63,893 nt of DNA, filler included, from Rhabdomonas costata (GCA_019059605.1; 22 parts of 22 records of this genome joined end to end with filler, not necessarily neighbours in it); one strand, 5' to 3'; positions 26,200-39,259 are shown, counted from the first letter of the whole stretch. Notes: generated by a model not told the origin, from the sequence alone. Made by a program: numbers and translations.

Positions 26200-27400
26200 T
26201 GACGGGTTGTTATTCGGGGGGATTTCTGGCGCTTCGCGTCGCGATCGAGGGGGTCTCTTCTGGCGGTGTCTTCAGAGAGTGGGGTGCTGTGGTGGCCAGC
26301 GGGGCGTTTCTGAGGTCTCTGGACCTTTTCTCGGGCTTGGGCATGGGCTGCCTCTGATTTCTGTTATGGTTTCTGTGGGAGCCACCTTCCCAGCTCCGCT
26401 TGCAGGTTGGGGAAGCCCTTGCAATAGTCTTGCAGGTTAGAATTCCATGAGTTCTGGAGGGCGGAGGAGTGGAAGCCTCGAGTTGCGAGACCCTCGGCAA
26501 AGTAGTTGACGGTAGTTTTGATCACTCTCGCCCTGGCGAGCCAGCCCTTTCATCAGGAAGACATTTGAGTACGTGGTAATTGGGCTGGAATCGGAGCATG
26601 TCGTCCAGGTGGGTGTCGAACATGCTTTTCACGAGGTCGGTCTGGCCTTCGGCGAGGAGGCGGTCGATAGTGCTGCTTTTTAGGTTACGCAGTTATCTGT
26701 CTTGGCTATCCAACTTCAGGTTGAGCTTGGTAATGTTCTGATGCTGGATTCTGCATCGGCAACAGCTCGGCGGATGCCACCAACTGTGCGGTCGTGCTCG
26801 AGGTTGGTATACATCCCCCTTCGAAGGTCCACCTTCCACTGTGTCGACGGCTTATCCTGTGAGTGGATGAGGCGCTCATCCCCAATTCGGCGATTTTCGC
26901 CAGCAATGACTCTCATTTCTTCAGGATTTCGGGAGGGAGGCGGGCCACCATTGGTATCTGCCGCCAAAGGCCAGCTCATCGCAGTTGGGTCTGCATAGCA
27001 GTCCGGTGTTCTATCACGGAACAGGTGGGCCAAGTGGGTCTCGTCCACGGTGAGCAGGTTGTGGCCGCCGTCCGAGGTTATATTCCAGGGTGCTGTCCAC
27101 ACCCACTGAAGGGGGGTGAAGCACCTTCCAAGGCGGCGCCCAACGGAGTGATGGAGCAGGTTCTATGGTGCTCTTGTTGCGGTAGGAGTCGAAGACGGCC
27201 GTCTTTGCTCTTGCAATCCACGTTATCTTGAATGGCTCCTTGTGCACCTTTCCCAACGACCGAATGACCTCGGATGGAAAGTCGGTCGATCTGTGCTGAG
27301 AGCTGCTCACACCAGTCCCAGTTGGAGTCCGCCTCCATTGTTGGCTTGTACACACTCCAGGAGTCGTTTTTTTTCTTGGGCTAAGCCCGGTAATCAGAAC
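26200..27400 (-). pseudogene. Decayed intronless coding-like region, possibly a retroelement ORF1/gag remnant
   Basis: Overlapping open frames with stops/frameshifts, C/A-rich coding-like strand and no splice signals (e.g. LRNLKSSTIDRLLAEGQTDLVKSMFDTHLDDML). No diagnostic motif recognised. Confidence 0.3.
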
Positions 27401-30400
27401 AGCTCGCAAATATCAGGTCGTGTTCCGTCTTGTGCACGGTTGCAACCACCATGGTTGAATGGCTTCTTAAGGCGTCCTTGCCTTCACATCCTCATTGCGC
27501 CATCTGAATTGCTATGGGCTGCGACATGCGCCCTTTTGCAACTGAATTGAGATGGAAGACTCCCAGTCCTTCTGAGAACCAGTGTGTCGACTTCCAGTTT
27601 CCTTGTCGCTTCATACGTAGCCGAGCTGTGCTTGAACGTGCAGTTCCCCTTTCCTTCGGTCGATGTGGATAACTACTTTGTGTTGTCGAAGTCAAAACGT
27701 AAGCAATTTTTACCTGGCAGTATCCAGAGAGCAATCGGAACAGCGGTGTCCGTGCAAGAATAAAAGTTCACCAGCATGGTGCAGGAATGTCGCAAGTTGT
27801 CAGTGAGCGCTACTGTGACGAAGAAGATTTAGAGCGACTCAAAGTGGAGACCAAAGTGTCCAGCTCAACACAAGCCTTCAAAAATGTTTTTTACTTCACG
27901 CTGTGCGCTGTGCCCAGGTGCCCAGGGACAGTGTAACTATACCGCGCGCTTCCTGGGAATCCGGGCCCGTTACTGAAGATTCTTAGCTTTCCGCAGAAGC
28001 TGGTGGTGAGTGTCCCCCAGCTCGCGCGACAAGACGTTGATAGCCTCAAATGAAAGCGGCACAAAGCGCGGAGGAGGAATGGAGGCTTTTTCGAGGCTTG
28101 GAGGTGGGCCAAACAAAGCAAATGGGGGGGAATGGCGCGAGACGTCTGAGAAAATTGACAGATCAGATGTTAAATGATGATCCAGTATGGAGGCGTGAAT
28201 TTCAGCTTCTGGGAAATCCAACAGCATCCGTCTTTGGGAACTAATGCAGATGTGACAGTAGAGACCTGCAGCCCAAACCACGGAAGCCACGGAGCTCTCC
28301 CGCAAAGTTCTCCTGCGGAGTTATGCTTCAACTTGCATCGCGAGGTGGATCTCTACCTCCTGCTTCGGGGCCCAAGAGGGGCGGGGTTGGAAGGGTCACC
28401 CCCTGTGCATTGGTTCTCCTGCAAGCGTGGTGGTGTGGTCGTCCAAAGGCGTTTTCTTCAGGCGAGAAAATACTCAGAACAGCAGAAGCGAACAAGAACA
28501 GCAGGCAGAACAGTGGCCTTCGTCAACAAGGACGGCAAGTCCAGGTCAGCAATACCGTTCTCCTGTTCTCCTGTGGCAGAACAAAAACTGGTGAAAACAG
28601 AAGGACAGCACCTTTTCTCGTCTCACCAGCTCACCAGCGTTCGCAGCAGAGGTAAAACGCTTCAGTGAAACACAATACAATAATGGAAAGCATGGAACGC
28701 TGCAGAAAGAGAGGGAAGCCAGAAATTCACGATAAGCCGTTGCACCAAGCAGCGTATCCTTGATTAACGTTGCACGGGGGGAGGAGGATTGACCCAAGCC
28801 TTCGCTCTTCCCTGCCACCGTAATCTATGGCCCACTTCCACATGAATAGCATATTTGTCGTCTTAGTGTATTGGGGTTTCGTTATCATCAAACTGAAACC
28901 ACAGTGTAAAGTCCCGTCTCAATCGTCTCAAAGGCCTTTTGNNNNNNNNNNNNNNNNNNNNNNNNNNNNNNNNNNNNNNNNNNNNTTAATTAATTAANNN
29001 NNNNNNNNNNNNNNNNNNNNNNNNNNNNNNNNNNNNNNNNNGTTTTGGGGTCACAACGAATCGACCACATAATCAAATACCAATCGATGCACCCTAACAG
29101 CGTAAAATGACTTTCTGCATTCGTTTCCCGAATCCCTGGTATTTCCCCTCCTTTCGTTGTACATTCTGCTGCACAGCTTTCTGTTCCCGGCATTCTGGGC
29201 ACTTTACTCCTTTGCTCCACAGAAGGATGGACGTTGTTGCTCTTCTTTGCTGGTAGTGGAGACATGCTTTCCTTCCTGACATTTGGTCTTGCATCAGTGC
29301 CTTGCTGGATCTCTAAGATTATCCTGAAACCTCAACGCACCCACTGGTGCTGAAACGAGGTATTATACCGAGCAAAGGTCCAGTCGACCGTCTTACCGTG
29401 ATCCTTTTTGGACTGGCTCAACACTTGCCTGGAAAGTGTGGAAGGTGTATTGGGCCCAGACTATGGACACCGACAACGAGGTGAATACGAAAATTCTCAT
29501 CGTGGACAGAAACGGAATGTGTTCGATCGAGTTCGAAGACAAATTGGCTGCTATTACAGTCAACCGTGGCTGCTGTTTGGAGACCACCAAGGCTGCAAAT
29601 CGGAACCCGCTGCACGCAGAGGTGGAAGGCATTCTTTTTTCTAGATGAATCACCTGTCTCGGGCTTTCAAATCTGAACTAAACCAGATTAGGTGGTAAAT
29701 TGAATGGCTGAGATCCGAGGGCGACGACGCATGATCTTGTCGAGGTGCTGTTGCAGCACTTGGATGGCTTGCATTCTTGAGAACTCCTTGACGTCATTTG
29801 TCTTCAGGCTTTGTGCGTTGAGAAACAGAATTGTCCGATGATATCTGCTGTTTGACGAGTGTTCCGGCTTTCTCAACATTCTCTGGGCTGGGTCGCCAAC
29901 TTCCCGCACCAAACAACTTCCAAAACATGATATCCACTGAACACAATTTCTGTTTGGTTTCCTTATGGTTTTTGTACCGCTTGCGCCTTCTTCTTGTTGT
30001 CGCATGGCCAACATCTTTTTCCTTGTTGCTCCCGTAAGAATCTGAACTACTCAGCCGCTTACGAGCTTTACACGTCGTAGAACGGAGTTGTTTAGCCCTT
30101 TCCAAAAGGTTCCTTCGGTAAAATATTACATGAAGTTTCCCTTGTGATACGAGAGATGGAATGTTGTCATCAACCACATCAAACATCAAAAGAACCTGCC
30201 ATCCTCTATGTCTCCTCATTCTCCGATTTCAAACTTTTCTTGCTAGCTTCTGCCCCCATTTCTCCTCGAGAATGAGGGGTGTGGTGACCAGTTACTGTAG
30301 TGTGTTGTGGTAGCACCCTTCGAGATAGAAATGATGCGCATGTTTGCAGCCTGGAGCCCCGTTATTTGTCTCGACCTAAGTAACCTTCGACCTTCGAAGG

Positions 30401-30470
30401 CTAAAATCCATTCAGCTTGTGGCACCTTTCATACCTCTCACACATCCGCTGGAACAGAGGATGATCACAC

Positions 30471-31537
30471 CTGATCTGCTGGCCCAAGCAATCCTTCAAG
30501 GAGTGGTCAGCATCCTTGTGGGCTTCCCCCACAGAGGAGATGAGCAGAGCCATTCTAGGGTCTCCGGCATGCAGAGCCTACAGCAAACAACAACAAAACG
30601 CCTGCGAGGTATATATAGCACGGAAGTAAAAAGTAAAAGCTAACTGGCAACGCGGTCACCACTGGTGACGGTTACGGTTACGGTTACGGTTACGGTTACC
30701 TCAGGTAAATAGATAGCCGATACCAGCAAACTAAATGATTCAATTTTGGTTTCCGGTTGGGCATACTGTACTCTTGATGCATTTAGATCAGCACCTCAAA
30801 AATAATGCTAAGGACAAGCAGCATGGAATTGGGTGAACCATTGGGACAGCTTATTTGCAGAGCGGGCGGCTGGGGCGAGAACGAGGCATCGGTTCACCCG
30901 GAGAAATCTTTTACAATAACGAAACCCCGTTTCCAAAATTTTTGTTGGTCTGTCGGTTGAGGGTGATACTTATGGGCTTGTTCGTGAGCTACACGCACAT
31001 GACATCACCAACCAGAACGTTTTAGCGGTGGCCAAAGAACCTTTGCAGAGGCCTCCTGGAGCTGCTTTGCGGTGAGCCTCCAGAAGATCTCCCGCAGCAA
31101 GACCTCACCACGAGTGGGTCTGGGGGGGGGTGGTGGCGGCGGGGAATGCAGCAGCACGGCAAGGTCTTCCCTCAGCCTGGGCTCCACCGTACGCTGCGCC
31201 CACGCGTCAAAGGCCCGCCGCAGCGCAAGCGCGCGGTAGGCCGGCCCCCAGGGCTCACCTGTCCACGTTCACAAATACATCATGAGAAGAGGAGAACGGC
31301 ATGCAGACCGGATCGTTAAAACGGCAAGTAAAGCAGGGCACTGCTAGAACACACCAAGGTAAGGTATTTTTTCTCCATTTTGTTCAGAAAACTGAATTTG
31401 GCTTTTTCCTTTCCCTGAAAATTTCAAACAAGAAGTCCACAGTGCAGCCGTCACACAAATGTTTTCACTGCAAGAAATGTGGGGGAACAGGAAAGGCAAT
31501 CAGCTAAACCTGGCGCAGGGTACTTCTCCGCTTCCTC
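30471..31537 (-). CDS. NUP96: Nucleoporin Nup96 (Nup98-96/Nup145C) domain, internal exons
   Basis: Exons 31258-31041 and 30577-30471 join as LRRAFDAWAQRTV...LREIFWRLTAKQLQEASAK|ALHAGDPRMALLISSVG...CLGQQI, matching the Nup96 pattern RRxxFxxW...IFxxLTxxxxxEA...GDxRLAxL. Small upstream exon at ~31537-31512. Confidence 0.7.
30670..30699 (+). repeat. (GGTTAC)5 telomere-variant-like microsatellite in an intron
   Basis: GGTTAC repeated five times. Confidence 0.9.
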
Positions 31538-32253
31538 TGGAAGAGAAACCACAACAACAGTAAACAACAGTTCACCGTTACACAGCAATATTCACACAAC
31601 ATGGGTGGAGGGAAATTATCTTAACTGGCGCATAAACAGATTCTTTCTCGACCGCATAAGCGCTTGACTGAAAGAGCAACCACCGCATAAAGAAAAGCAA
31701 GAATATGGGAACTACGTAACACCATGATAAAGAAAAAACGCAAAGCACAAGCAGGCACACAAGCAAGCAAGCAAGCAATAAAACAGAAAGAAGGACGACT
31801 GCAAAGCATTGAGGGCAACCTTTACCCCTTCCAACAACCCNNNNNNNNNNNNNNNNNNNNNNNNNNNNNNNNNNNNNNNNNNNNTTAATTAATTAANNNN
31901 NNNNNNNNNNNNNNNNNNNNNNNNNNNNNNNNNNNNNNNNTGCGAGCTTCCATTTGTAGGAAAGAGGGCGCCTGTTCCTGCGGGAGCAAGTGCTCACTTT
32001 TTGAGTTGGCTTAAGGTGTTGTTCGGAAGGACTTGAAAGGCGATCCAGTCCTTTGAACAGTGAGTGAGGCTTTCTGCCGGCTTGGTGGTAAGTGAGGTAG
32101 GATGGTTGTACTGTGTGGCCTCCGCTGTGTGATTGCAACACGGTTTTCCGCTGCTCAACACTTTTCCCGTGGTGTTGGTGTGCCTATCTCGAGGCAGCTT
32201 GGCTTACGATTTTCGCTGGTTGAGACCACTCTGTTGGTCGTCGTAGGAGACGT

Positions 32254-32254
<1 letters not shown>

Positions 32255-32287
<33 letters not shown>
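32255..32287 (+). repeat. (GT)n microsatellite
   Basis: Direct reading of the sequence. Confidence 0.95.
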
Positions 32288-32288
<1 letters not shown>

Positions 32289-32524
32289 CTTGGCGGCCGG
32301 AGTGGACAGCTGAGGCGGGGCATTGCCTTTGGTCAGTTTTTGGATGACGAACAGCAAAAGCGGATAACTAGGGAGTGGGGTTTTACATTCACCATTTTTA
32401 TTTATATGCTGACCTATCTGTTTCAGTCTCACCCCACTTCAACTCCATCAGATCTTTAATTTAAGGCTCTTCCACTACCCTGTTTTATTTAGCTGCCTTT
32501 TTTCTTTCGTTGCCGGGGCCTCAG

Positions 32525-34483
32525 TTCCAACCTGCGCAGTGGTGTCCTTCTGCCCAAAGAACTACTTGCTCCGCTCCAATCCCTCCTCCATTTACTGCAG
32601 TAGCTTGTCGTGCACTCGTGACGAGTGCTGCGTCGAAAGTATGCGGCAATGCATGGATGCCGAATTTCAGACGTTCGGCCACTCCTGTGACCAGAGCTCG
32701 TGAATCTCTTCTTTGTGTTGAGCATTGCTACCCCTCCAAAAACATACAATGAGCAGATATATGGTTTGACTTCACCACAACTCCTGTCCCAATGGAAATC
32801 AATTTTGATCCCAAAGGGAAAATTATGGACGTTCTGATTCAGTTAGTGGACAGTGTTTCGCAGAGGTGGTGGTGGTGGTGGGCGGTGTCGTTTACGGTGC
32901 CGCGTACAGAGAAGGACTGCTACCTTTTCGATAAACTTGGGTGGGTAGGGACGACGGTAGACGATGTTTTGATTTTGCGATTTTCCAAAACCAAACCAGC
33001 CCAGATGTGGACTTCCTATTTGCTGGGTTGTTTTTAGAGGGTGGTGGTGGGGATCGTTCGTCCCGCCTCCTTCCTGGATACCTCCTGAGCAACGAACATA
33101 GCTCAAGAAAAATTGGTGCAATTAAGACCGTGTGAGGGGGAGTGGAGTGGCAACGGTTACCGTACAATCTTTTCCTGTCAGACCTTTTGCGACACAAACC
33201 TTCCTTTAAAGCCGCCCCGGTGAAGTTAACGTCGCAGCACCTGCTTCGATTCCAGCAACAGGGGCAGCAGTGAGATTAAGGGGCAACCCAAAAATGCCCG
33301 TACCACCATGTACTATCTTAAGATCATTTTTAAGGTTCTGAGGGATTGTTTGGGGCTGTTTTTTTTTCAAGTTGACACAGTATACCCAACCTCCCCTACC
33401 AAGCTTCCCTACCTAGGTGAGCCTCGTGTGATTAAAGCTTCTGAGCCCTTTTCCTCTCGATGATTGTGACGCCAATGTTTTGGGTTGATTTCCATTTCGT
33501 CGCACACCCAAAAAGCTCCAGGAAGGCCCCCCCCTTTTGGATTAGCAGGTCAGTATAGCAACTCTGACCTCTCGAAGGTGCTTACCAAATTACCCAATTG
33601 AAACTTTAGGTCGGCTCTCCATTCCTGCCGTCCACCTCGCCATGTCACTAAGGAGGGGTGTCGTTGGTTTGAAACTCTTCCTTTCCTTCCTTGCGTGCAT
33701 TTTGTGGGTGCGGCTTCAGCTCCGACCTGCGCGACGGTGACCTCCTGCCCGACTGGCAAGCTGCTCCGCCGCAATCCCTCCTCCAAACACTGCCACGACC
33801 GGGTCTGCACCTCGGAGGAGTGCTGTGTCGCAGGTTTGCAGGATGCAGTGTTTCACCGATGAGTGGGCCACGTGTGCAATAAAGAGTGTTGCGGCACAAG
33901 ACAAAGCAAAGGGAATGGGGAAGACCCAGGAAATTGGTTGTGTCTGCAAAGGCAAGTTATTCCAATCTTTCGCAAGGAATATCCGTGGGAGGAATACACG
34001 CAATAAATTCCTTCAAATTTGCAGCAACCCTTGTGCCTCCTGTGCACCTACTTCCTCTTGATCACGAACCAACCAAGGACGATCTGCATACTGAGCTGGA
34101 AGTTGGTTTTTTTCCCTTAAATCCCAGTGGGTTTACAAGGTCAACACATGCATGGCGTTGAAGGTGTTGCAGGGGTTGTTGAGGATAAAATTTTGGTGGG
34201 GAGTCTTTCCGCTTCCGGATTGTTTTTACCTCCCAAACCCCGCGCAGATATCTCTAGCAGTCTAATATCGTCCCGCATAACAGGTGCCTCCGCCGAAGAT
34301 AAGCTTTGCTATGCACCCCCATGCTCGCAAATGTGCTGCTACATTGCTGCTTTTCTGGGTTTCCTTCAGCTCCAACCTGCGCCGCGGTAACCTCGTGCCC
34401 GACGAACAAGTTGCCCCGCCCTAATCTCTCCGGCATCACGTGCCGTGGCTTAGACTGCACCGTTCAGGAGTGCTGCGTCGCAG
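32525..34483 (+). CDS. Cys-rich repeat protein: three paralogous 114-nt exons
   Basis: Exons 32525-32638, 33720-33833 and 34370-34483, each CAG/GT bounded and phase 1-1, each encoding PTC-x5-C-x14-C-x4-C-x4-CCV (e.g. APTCATVTSCPTGKLLRRNPSSKHCHDRVCTSEECCVA). Confidence 0.88.
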
Positions 34484-34770
34484 GTTTGCAGTGATTGAGA
34501 GATGTATTGGTGATTGAGCCACGTGTGCAAATGAGTTCGCATCACAAAGCAACTCAACAAAAGTGGAGAAATGGGTGAGCCTCACCCATCCGTTTCTAAA
34601 CAGTTCCATGGGAACTGCTTTGAACTGCTGTGCTCTGCAAGAGAAACTTCGCTATGTGTGTGTGTGTCATCTGCACAACATATGAGAGCCCCAAACGGCC
34701 GTTTTTGATTGCACTTTCCCGTAGGACATTGCTTGAAACACACTACCCTGACAATTTCCTATCTGACTGA

Positions 34771-34859
34771 CCCTAACCCTAACCCTAACCCTAACCCTAA
34801 CCCTAACCCTAACCCTAACCCTAACCCTAACCCTAACCCTAACCCTAACCCTAACCCTA
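34771..34859 (-). repeat. (TTAGGG)n telomere-type tract, inward-facing (interstitial)
   Basis: 14 full CCCTAA units plus CCCTA on the + strand at the right end of the contig; a true right chromosome end would read TTAGGG on +. Confidence 0.9.
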
Positions 34860-36064
34860 CCCCCACCCAAACCACACAACCCAACACANNNNNNNNNNNN
34901 NNNNNNNNNNNNNNNNNNNNNNNNNNNNNNNNTTAATTAATTAANNNNNNNNNNNNNNNNNNNNNNNNNNNNNNNNNNNNNNNNNNNNGTTTTGTGGGAA
35001 AGTGCTTTGCCCCTGTCCTTCGCTGATTGGTACTTACATTCACATTCTAAATGTAATTTCCCCTCAACCTCACCATCCATCACCTTTAACAGCTGGGGAA
35101 GCTTCACCTTAACGCGTACACTGAATTTGTATGCTGGCGAAGGGCCAGCCTGTCGCAGGGCTGTGCCTGACGAGTCTGACAGATGCACGTTCTGCGGCAG
35201 TGGCCTGCACCGCGGCGCGGTGGAAGCGGGTGGCTGGGGCTGGAACGTGGCCTGGGAGCTTGGAACGTTTCTTTTTCTTGCCAGGAACGAAAAATAAATG
35301 AATTATGGATTACTCGCTTGGCTTCCTCGCCGTTCACACTCAGTGTGAACACTGCCTACCGACCGTTGGTTTGTTGAGGTTGTGCTTCTGGTGCCCACCC
35401 GGTAGTGTGGGTGAGAGGTTCGAGGCCGGCGAGCTCGTCAACTTGGACAGCTAGGTCAACCCTTGCCATCAACCTGCAGTGCAGGCAACACTCCCGGCAC
35501 ACCGTTTGTGTGTGTGTGCGCGCGCGCCATCCCAAAACTAACAAGCCATCTTTCGTAATCCGGCAGATCTCCAAAGGCTGTGCCAGGGCTAAAAGTTCTG
35601 GCTTTGCAAGGTTTCCCCTTCTCATATTCAAGCTCAATCGGATTATTCTGTGCAAGCGATGCTAAAAGACTGTAAGGTGGTCCTGACGCCCCTCTTTTGG
35701 TGGCTCTTTTATATTTTTTGTCTTCCTCTGCAGCTTCAGTTAGTTATCGAATCTGCCTCTCCCTACCTTCTTCCTTCTGCTTCTGCCGCTTCACTTGCAC
35801 TGATCGGCTTTTGAATTTCCGAGGAAGGAGAAAAGTGGGCACGTCATCCTACCCTCGTCCTTTGTGATCGCTATTGCACCCCACAAGTTGCCAGTTCCAC
35901 GGTTGTGCCTCGGGCAAAAGTAAAAAGTGCTCCCGCAATTACGTGTGTGGTATTTTGTCCTCTGCGCTCTTTTCGTGACAGTGCGCTCTATTTCGTGTTG
36001 CTGACCGGTATCGAACACTTCTTCTCATATTTCGCACTGTTCTCCTAAAAACCAAGCCACAAGA

Positions 36065-37064
36065 ATGCGCGTGCTTCTCGCCGCAGTGCTGGTTGTGGCG
36101 GCCTTCTGTGCAGTGACAGCCCAAACTGGTACCCTCATCTCATCCCACCACCCCATCCCTCTTCCTCTCTCCTTTCTTTCCTGGCGAATAATATGCGCTG
36201 GCGCCGGAGATCGAGAACGTCCCTGCGGAAGCTGTTAGTGCTCCCGAAAGATTTCCGCTGCGGGTTGGTATCGTGCCACCATAGCAAAGTGCAATGAAGC
36301 GCCTTCTGCGCCAAGTCCATCGGAATTTTAGGGCGGTCTAGGGGGGAAAATCATGCCATAGCAAATTCAGAGTTTCTGGCTTCGCGACAGTTGACAATGG
36401 GTGATGTGTCTTGTCGAAGCATGGGGTATGAGGCAGTGGAGACATGATATCTCGTTTGCAAACGAATGCATGCGGACGTCTGGCGTAAGTTGGGCGCATA
36501 GTGGGAGGGTCTCTTCAGGGCTCGAACCCCTTTGGGGGCCCGCTACGGAAGACCCTACACCACCTTTTTCGTTGACAGTGTAAGCGTTATCCTGATTAGT
36601 GAAGCGACTCCACCCACCTGTCAAAGAGTCACGATCTCCCAACCAGCAACGGGAGTGTTGTGCTCCATACATACAAGATTATTATTACCTATTTTAGTAA
36701 TTAATCACCTATTATTCTAAGGCACCACCCACCCCTTCATCCTTAGACTGCAGCAAGATCTTGTTCGAGGGGCAGATCTACACCCTGATGCCCCGGTGGA
36801 GTTGGCGTAATTGGATGCCGACGTACGAGTCCAAGCAGCCCGGTGTTCCCGCAGTCCTCTACATCTACTACAACACCGGCTTCACCTCGGACATTGGGGT
36901 AAAGACCCATGGGTGGGCGTGCAACACGGAGAAACTGGACACCTCGTATGTGTACGACCTGAGCTACACGACGGCGAACCGGCCGTGGCTGTCCCCGTTG
37001 TGGTACACGGGCTTGGCGAACCCGAAGGGTGCCGCGAAGCCTGTGCCCGCCCCGAAATGCATTG
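36065..37064 (+). CDS. Secreted protein of unknown family, first two exons
   Basis: Exon 36065-36128 MRVLLAAVLVVAAFCAVTAQT (signal peptide-like). Exon 36747-37064 (318 nt, phase 1-1) encodes a W/Y-rich domain DCSKILFEGQIY...LYIYYN...HGWAC...PKCI with strong GC3 bias. Confidence 0.8.
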
Positions 37065-37887
37065 GTGTGTGAGTCTGTGATGTGGGTGTTTGTGTCGTTG
37101 TGTGAGCGATGGAGGGTGGAAGTGCAGTTGTGTGTTCTGTCTGTTGCCTGGGTGCAAGTGAATAAAAGGAGGCAAATTCCTCGATCGCTGATAATGGCAC
37201 CCGAGGAACATACCCCAACCAAAGGACGTAGCTATGTATGCGCCTGCATTCGTTCGTCGCATCGCAATCAATGCCGGCAGATTGTATTCTTGGTATGCTT
37301 AGCTGAACGCTGTCATTATTGGTGAGGAGATCGAGAATACGGTTGGCGGTAGTTTTGTCCCCCCGCCCCCCAAAAAAACAGGGCAAAAATAGTGGCCTTG
37401 CTATTGATACCGAAGACTTTGAATTCGAACCACCGATGGACTTCAGTGCAGGGCCCTTGACGCTATCCCGCTGAACATTGGAAGCACTGGAGTGCTGACT
37501 ATAGAAAAGTTCCCTTTTGAACCTACCGCCCACAAAACCGAAGCTATCAAACCCGCTTCATGGGATTTTGCGGAGCGAGGCGTGGGGACCCCCCCCCTCC
37601 CGGGACCTTCAAGTTTTCCTGTTGTTGATAGGGCCGTGTACCAGCTTTACTAGGTCAACTCAAGGTACAGTGGATCCGCCTACCACGATACCAGGCCCCC
37701 GTGGAAGCCTGAAAATCATCCGGGTCGCCATTTGTGGGTTGGTACCATATATCATTTGAGCTCGCGGAGAAAGCGGCGGAAGAGAATNNNNNNNNNNNNN
37801 NNNNNNNNNNNNNNNNNNNNNNNNNNNNNNNTTAATTAATTAANNNNNNNNNNNNNNNNNNNNNNNNNNNNNNNNNNNNNNNNNNNN

Positions 37888-38642
37888 GGGGGTTGGTCGG
37901 CCCAGATGGCCGGATGGAGGATGTTCCAGGTAGGACATGAGCTCCACTTGCGTTGGCACAGGCAGCCCGGCCGTGGACAATTTCTGAGGCAGGAACCTTA
38001 GGGGTCACCTGAGTTCATTTTGAGAGAAGCAGTGCGCCTCAGGAAGGGTTTATGACGGCTCCAGCTCGCACAACCAATTATGCCCACGTCCACTTTGTGT
38101 GCAACATCACTGGAGGGGGCGGGGCACGCCAAAGGAAAAGGATCTCCGTCCAACTTCAGTCAGTTCCAGTCATCTGAGTCCACCTTGGTTATGGACCTGG
38201 AATTCCTGGCCTCATTGGCATCAGAAGGGCCAACTCCAAAATAAAAAGAGGGTGTGACCTGAGGCGTCTGTGGGGTTGCCAAAGGGTGAGGAACAGGCAC
38301 CACCGTCGCAGCAGGAGGCATGTGCTGAGGCGGTCCAGGCTTAGGAGCGGCCTTCCGCAACTCCACCTGCCGCGGAGGGTCCACGACAGGGTTGTGCTGG
38401 GAGAAAGGGGCGGCGGGCTTCTCTGAATAAGATGGCCTCACAACGCCGCATGGGCTATCAAGTTCGTCGTCCTCGTCCTCTGGGGCACCGAACTCCAGGT
38501 CCAGATCGTCGTCCCCGCAGTGTGTGAAGCGCGTGAAGCGCTCTGAGAGGGCTTCCGCGCAGAGATGATGGCCCTCAAAGTAGTACAGCAGCCCCTCTGG
38601 CACCCGGGCGAGTGGGGGAGGTACAACGTTGGGTTCGGCCAT
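37888..38642 (-). CDS. Hypothetical Pro-rich protein, 5' part
   Basis: ATG 38642 MAEPNVVPPPLARVPEGLLYYFEGHHL...DDDLDLEFGAPEDEDDE..., donor at ~38258, further exon from ~38008. Confidence 0.5.
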
Positions 38643-39259
38643 CTTTTGCGCTTGCGAAAATGACTCTTGAAGTGAAATTGCACACACCAACCCATGAACT
38701 GTCACACAAATACTTCATCTAATGGTGACTAGTTTTGCAGTATACTGTAGTATACTGGAGTACACTGTGGAGGAGGTACTGCCCCGGTCTACGATAAGTA
38801 ATGGCAAGGGTTTCTTCGATGAGATCAGCTGCGAGTCCCTTGAACAAAATCTTTCCGTGAATTAGATAATGAATAATTTACAGCAACAAATTGATCCCAA
38901 ATAGCCCACCTAACCATCTCCTCAAAAGACAGACCCCTTTTGCCTTTCTTTGTCCAGATGCTGCGATCAAATGCTGTAATCAAATTCATGGGATGGCGAT
39001 CAAAGTTGAAGTCCATAAATTTCTTTCAGTTTTCCTGGAACTGCTGTAAGGAGGGCTAAGCCGAAGCAGGCCTTGTGGCAGGTTTTCCTGCCACAATCGA
39101 TATTGAGCTGAGAAAAATAGCCTTTGCTCCCTGACCCCTATTTTTCGTGAAACAGTCAAGTAAAAACACGCAGAGTGTGGAAAAGCTAGACACTGCCGAT
39201 AGTGTCCAAAAGCCAGGAGACCCCAAAGGAATCCCCAGGCAGCCAAAGTAAAATGGAAG

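Noticed and set aside
34771..34859. True chromosome end / subtelomeric gene
   Set aside because: The repeat orientation is opposite to that of a terminal telomere on this side.
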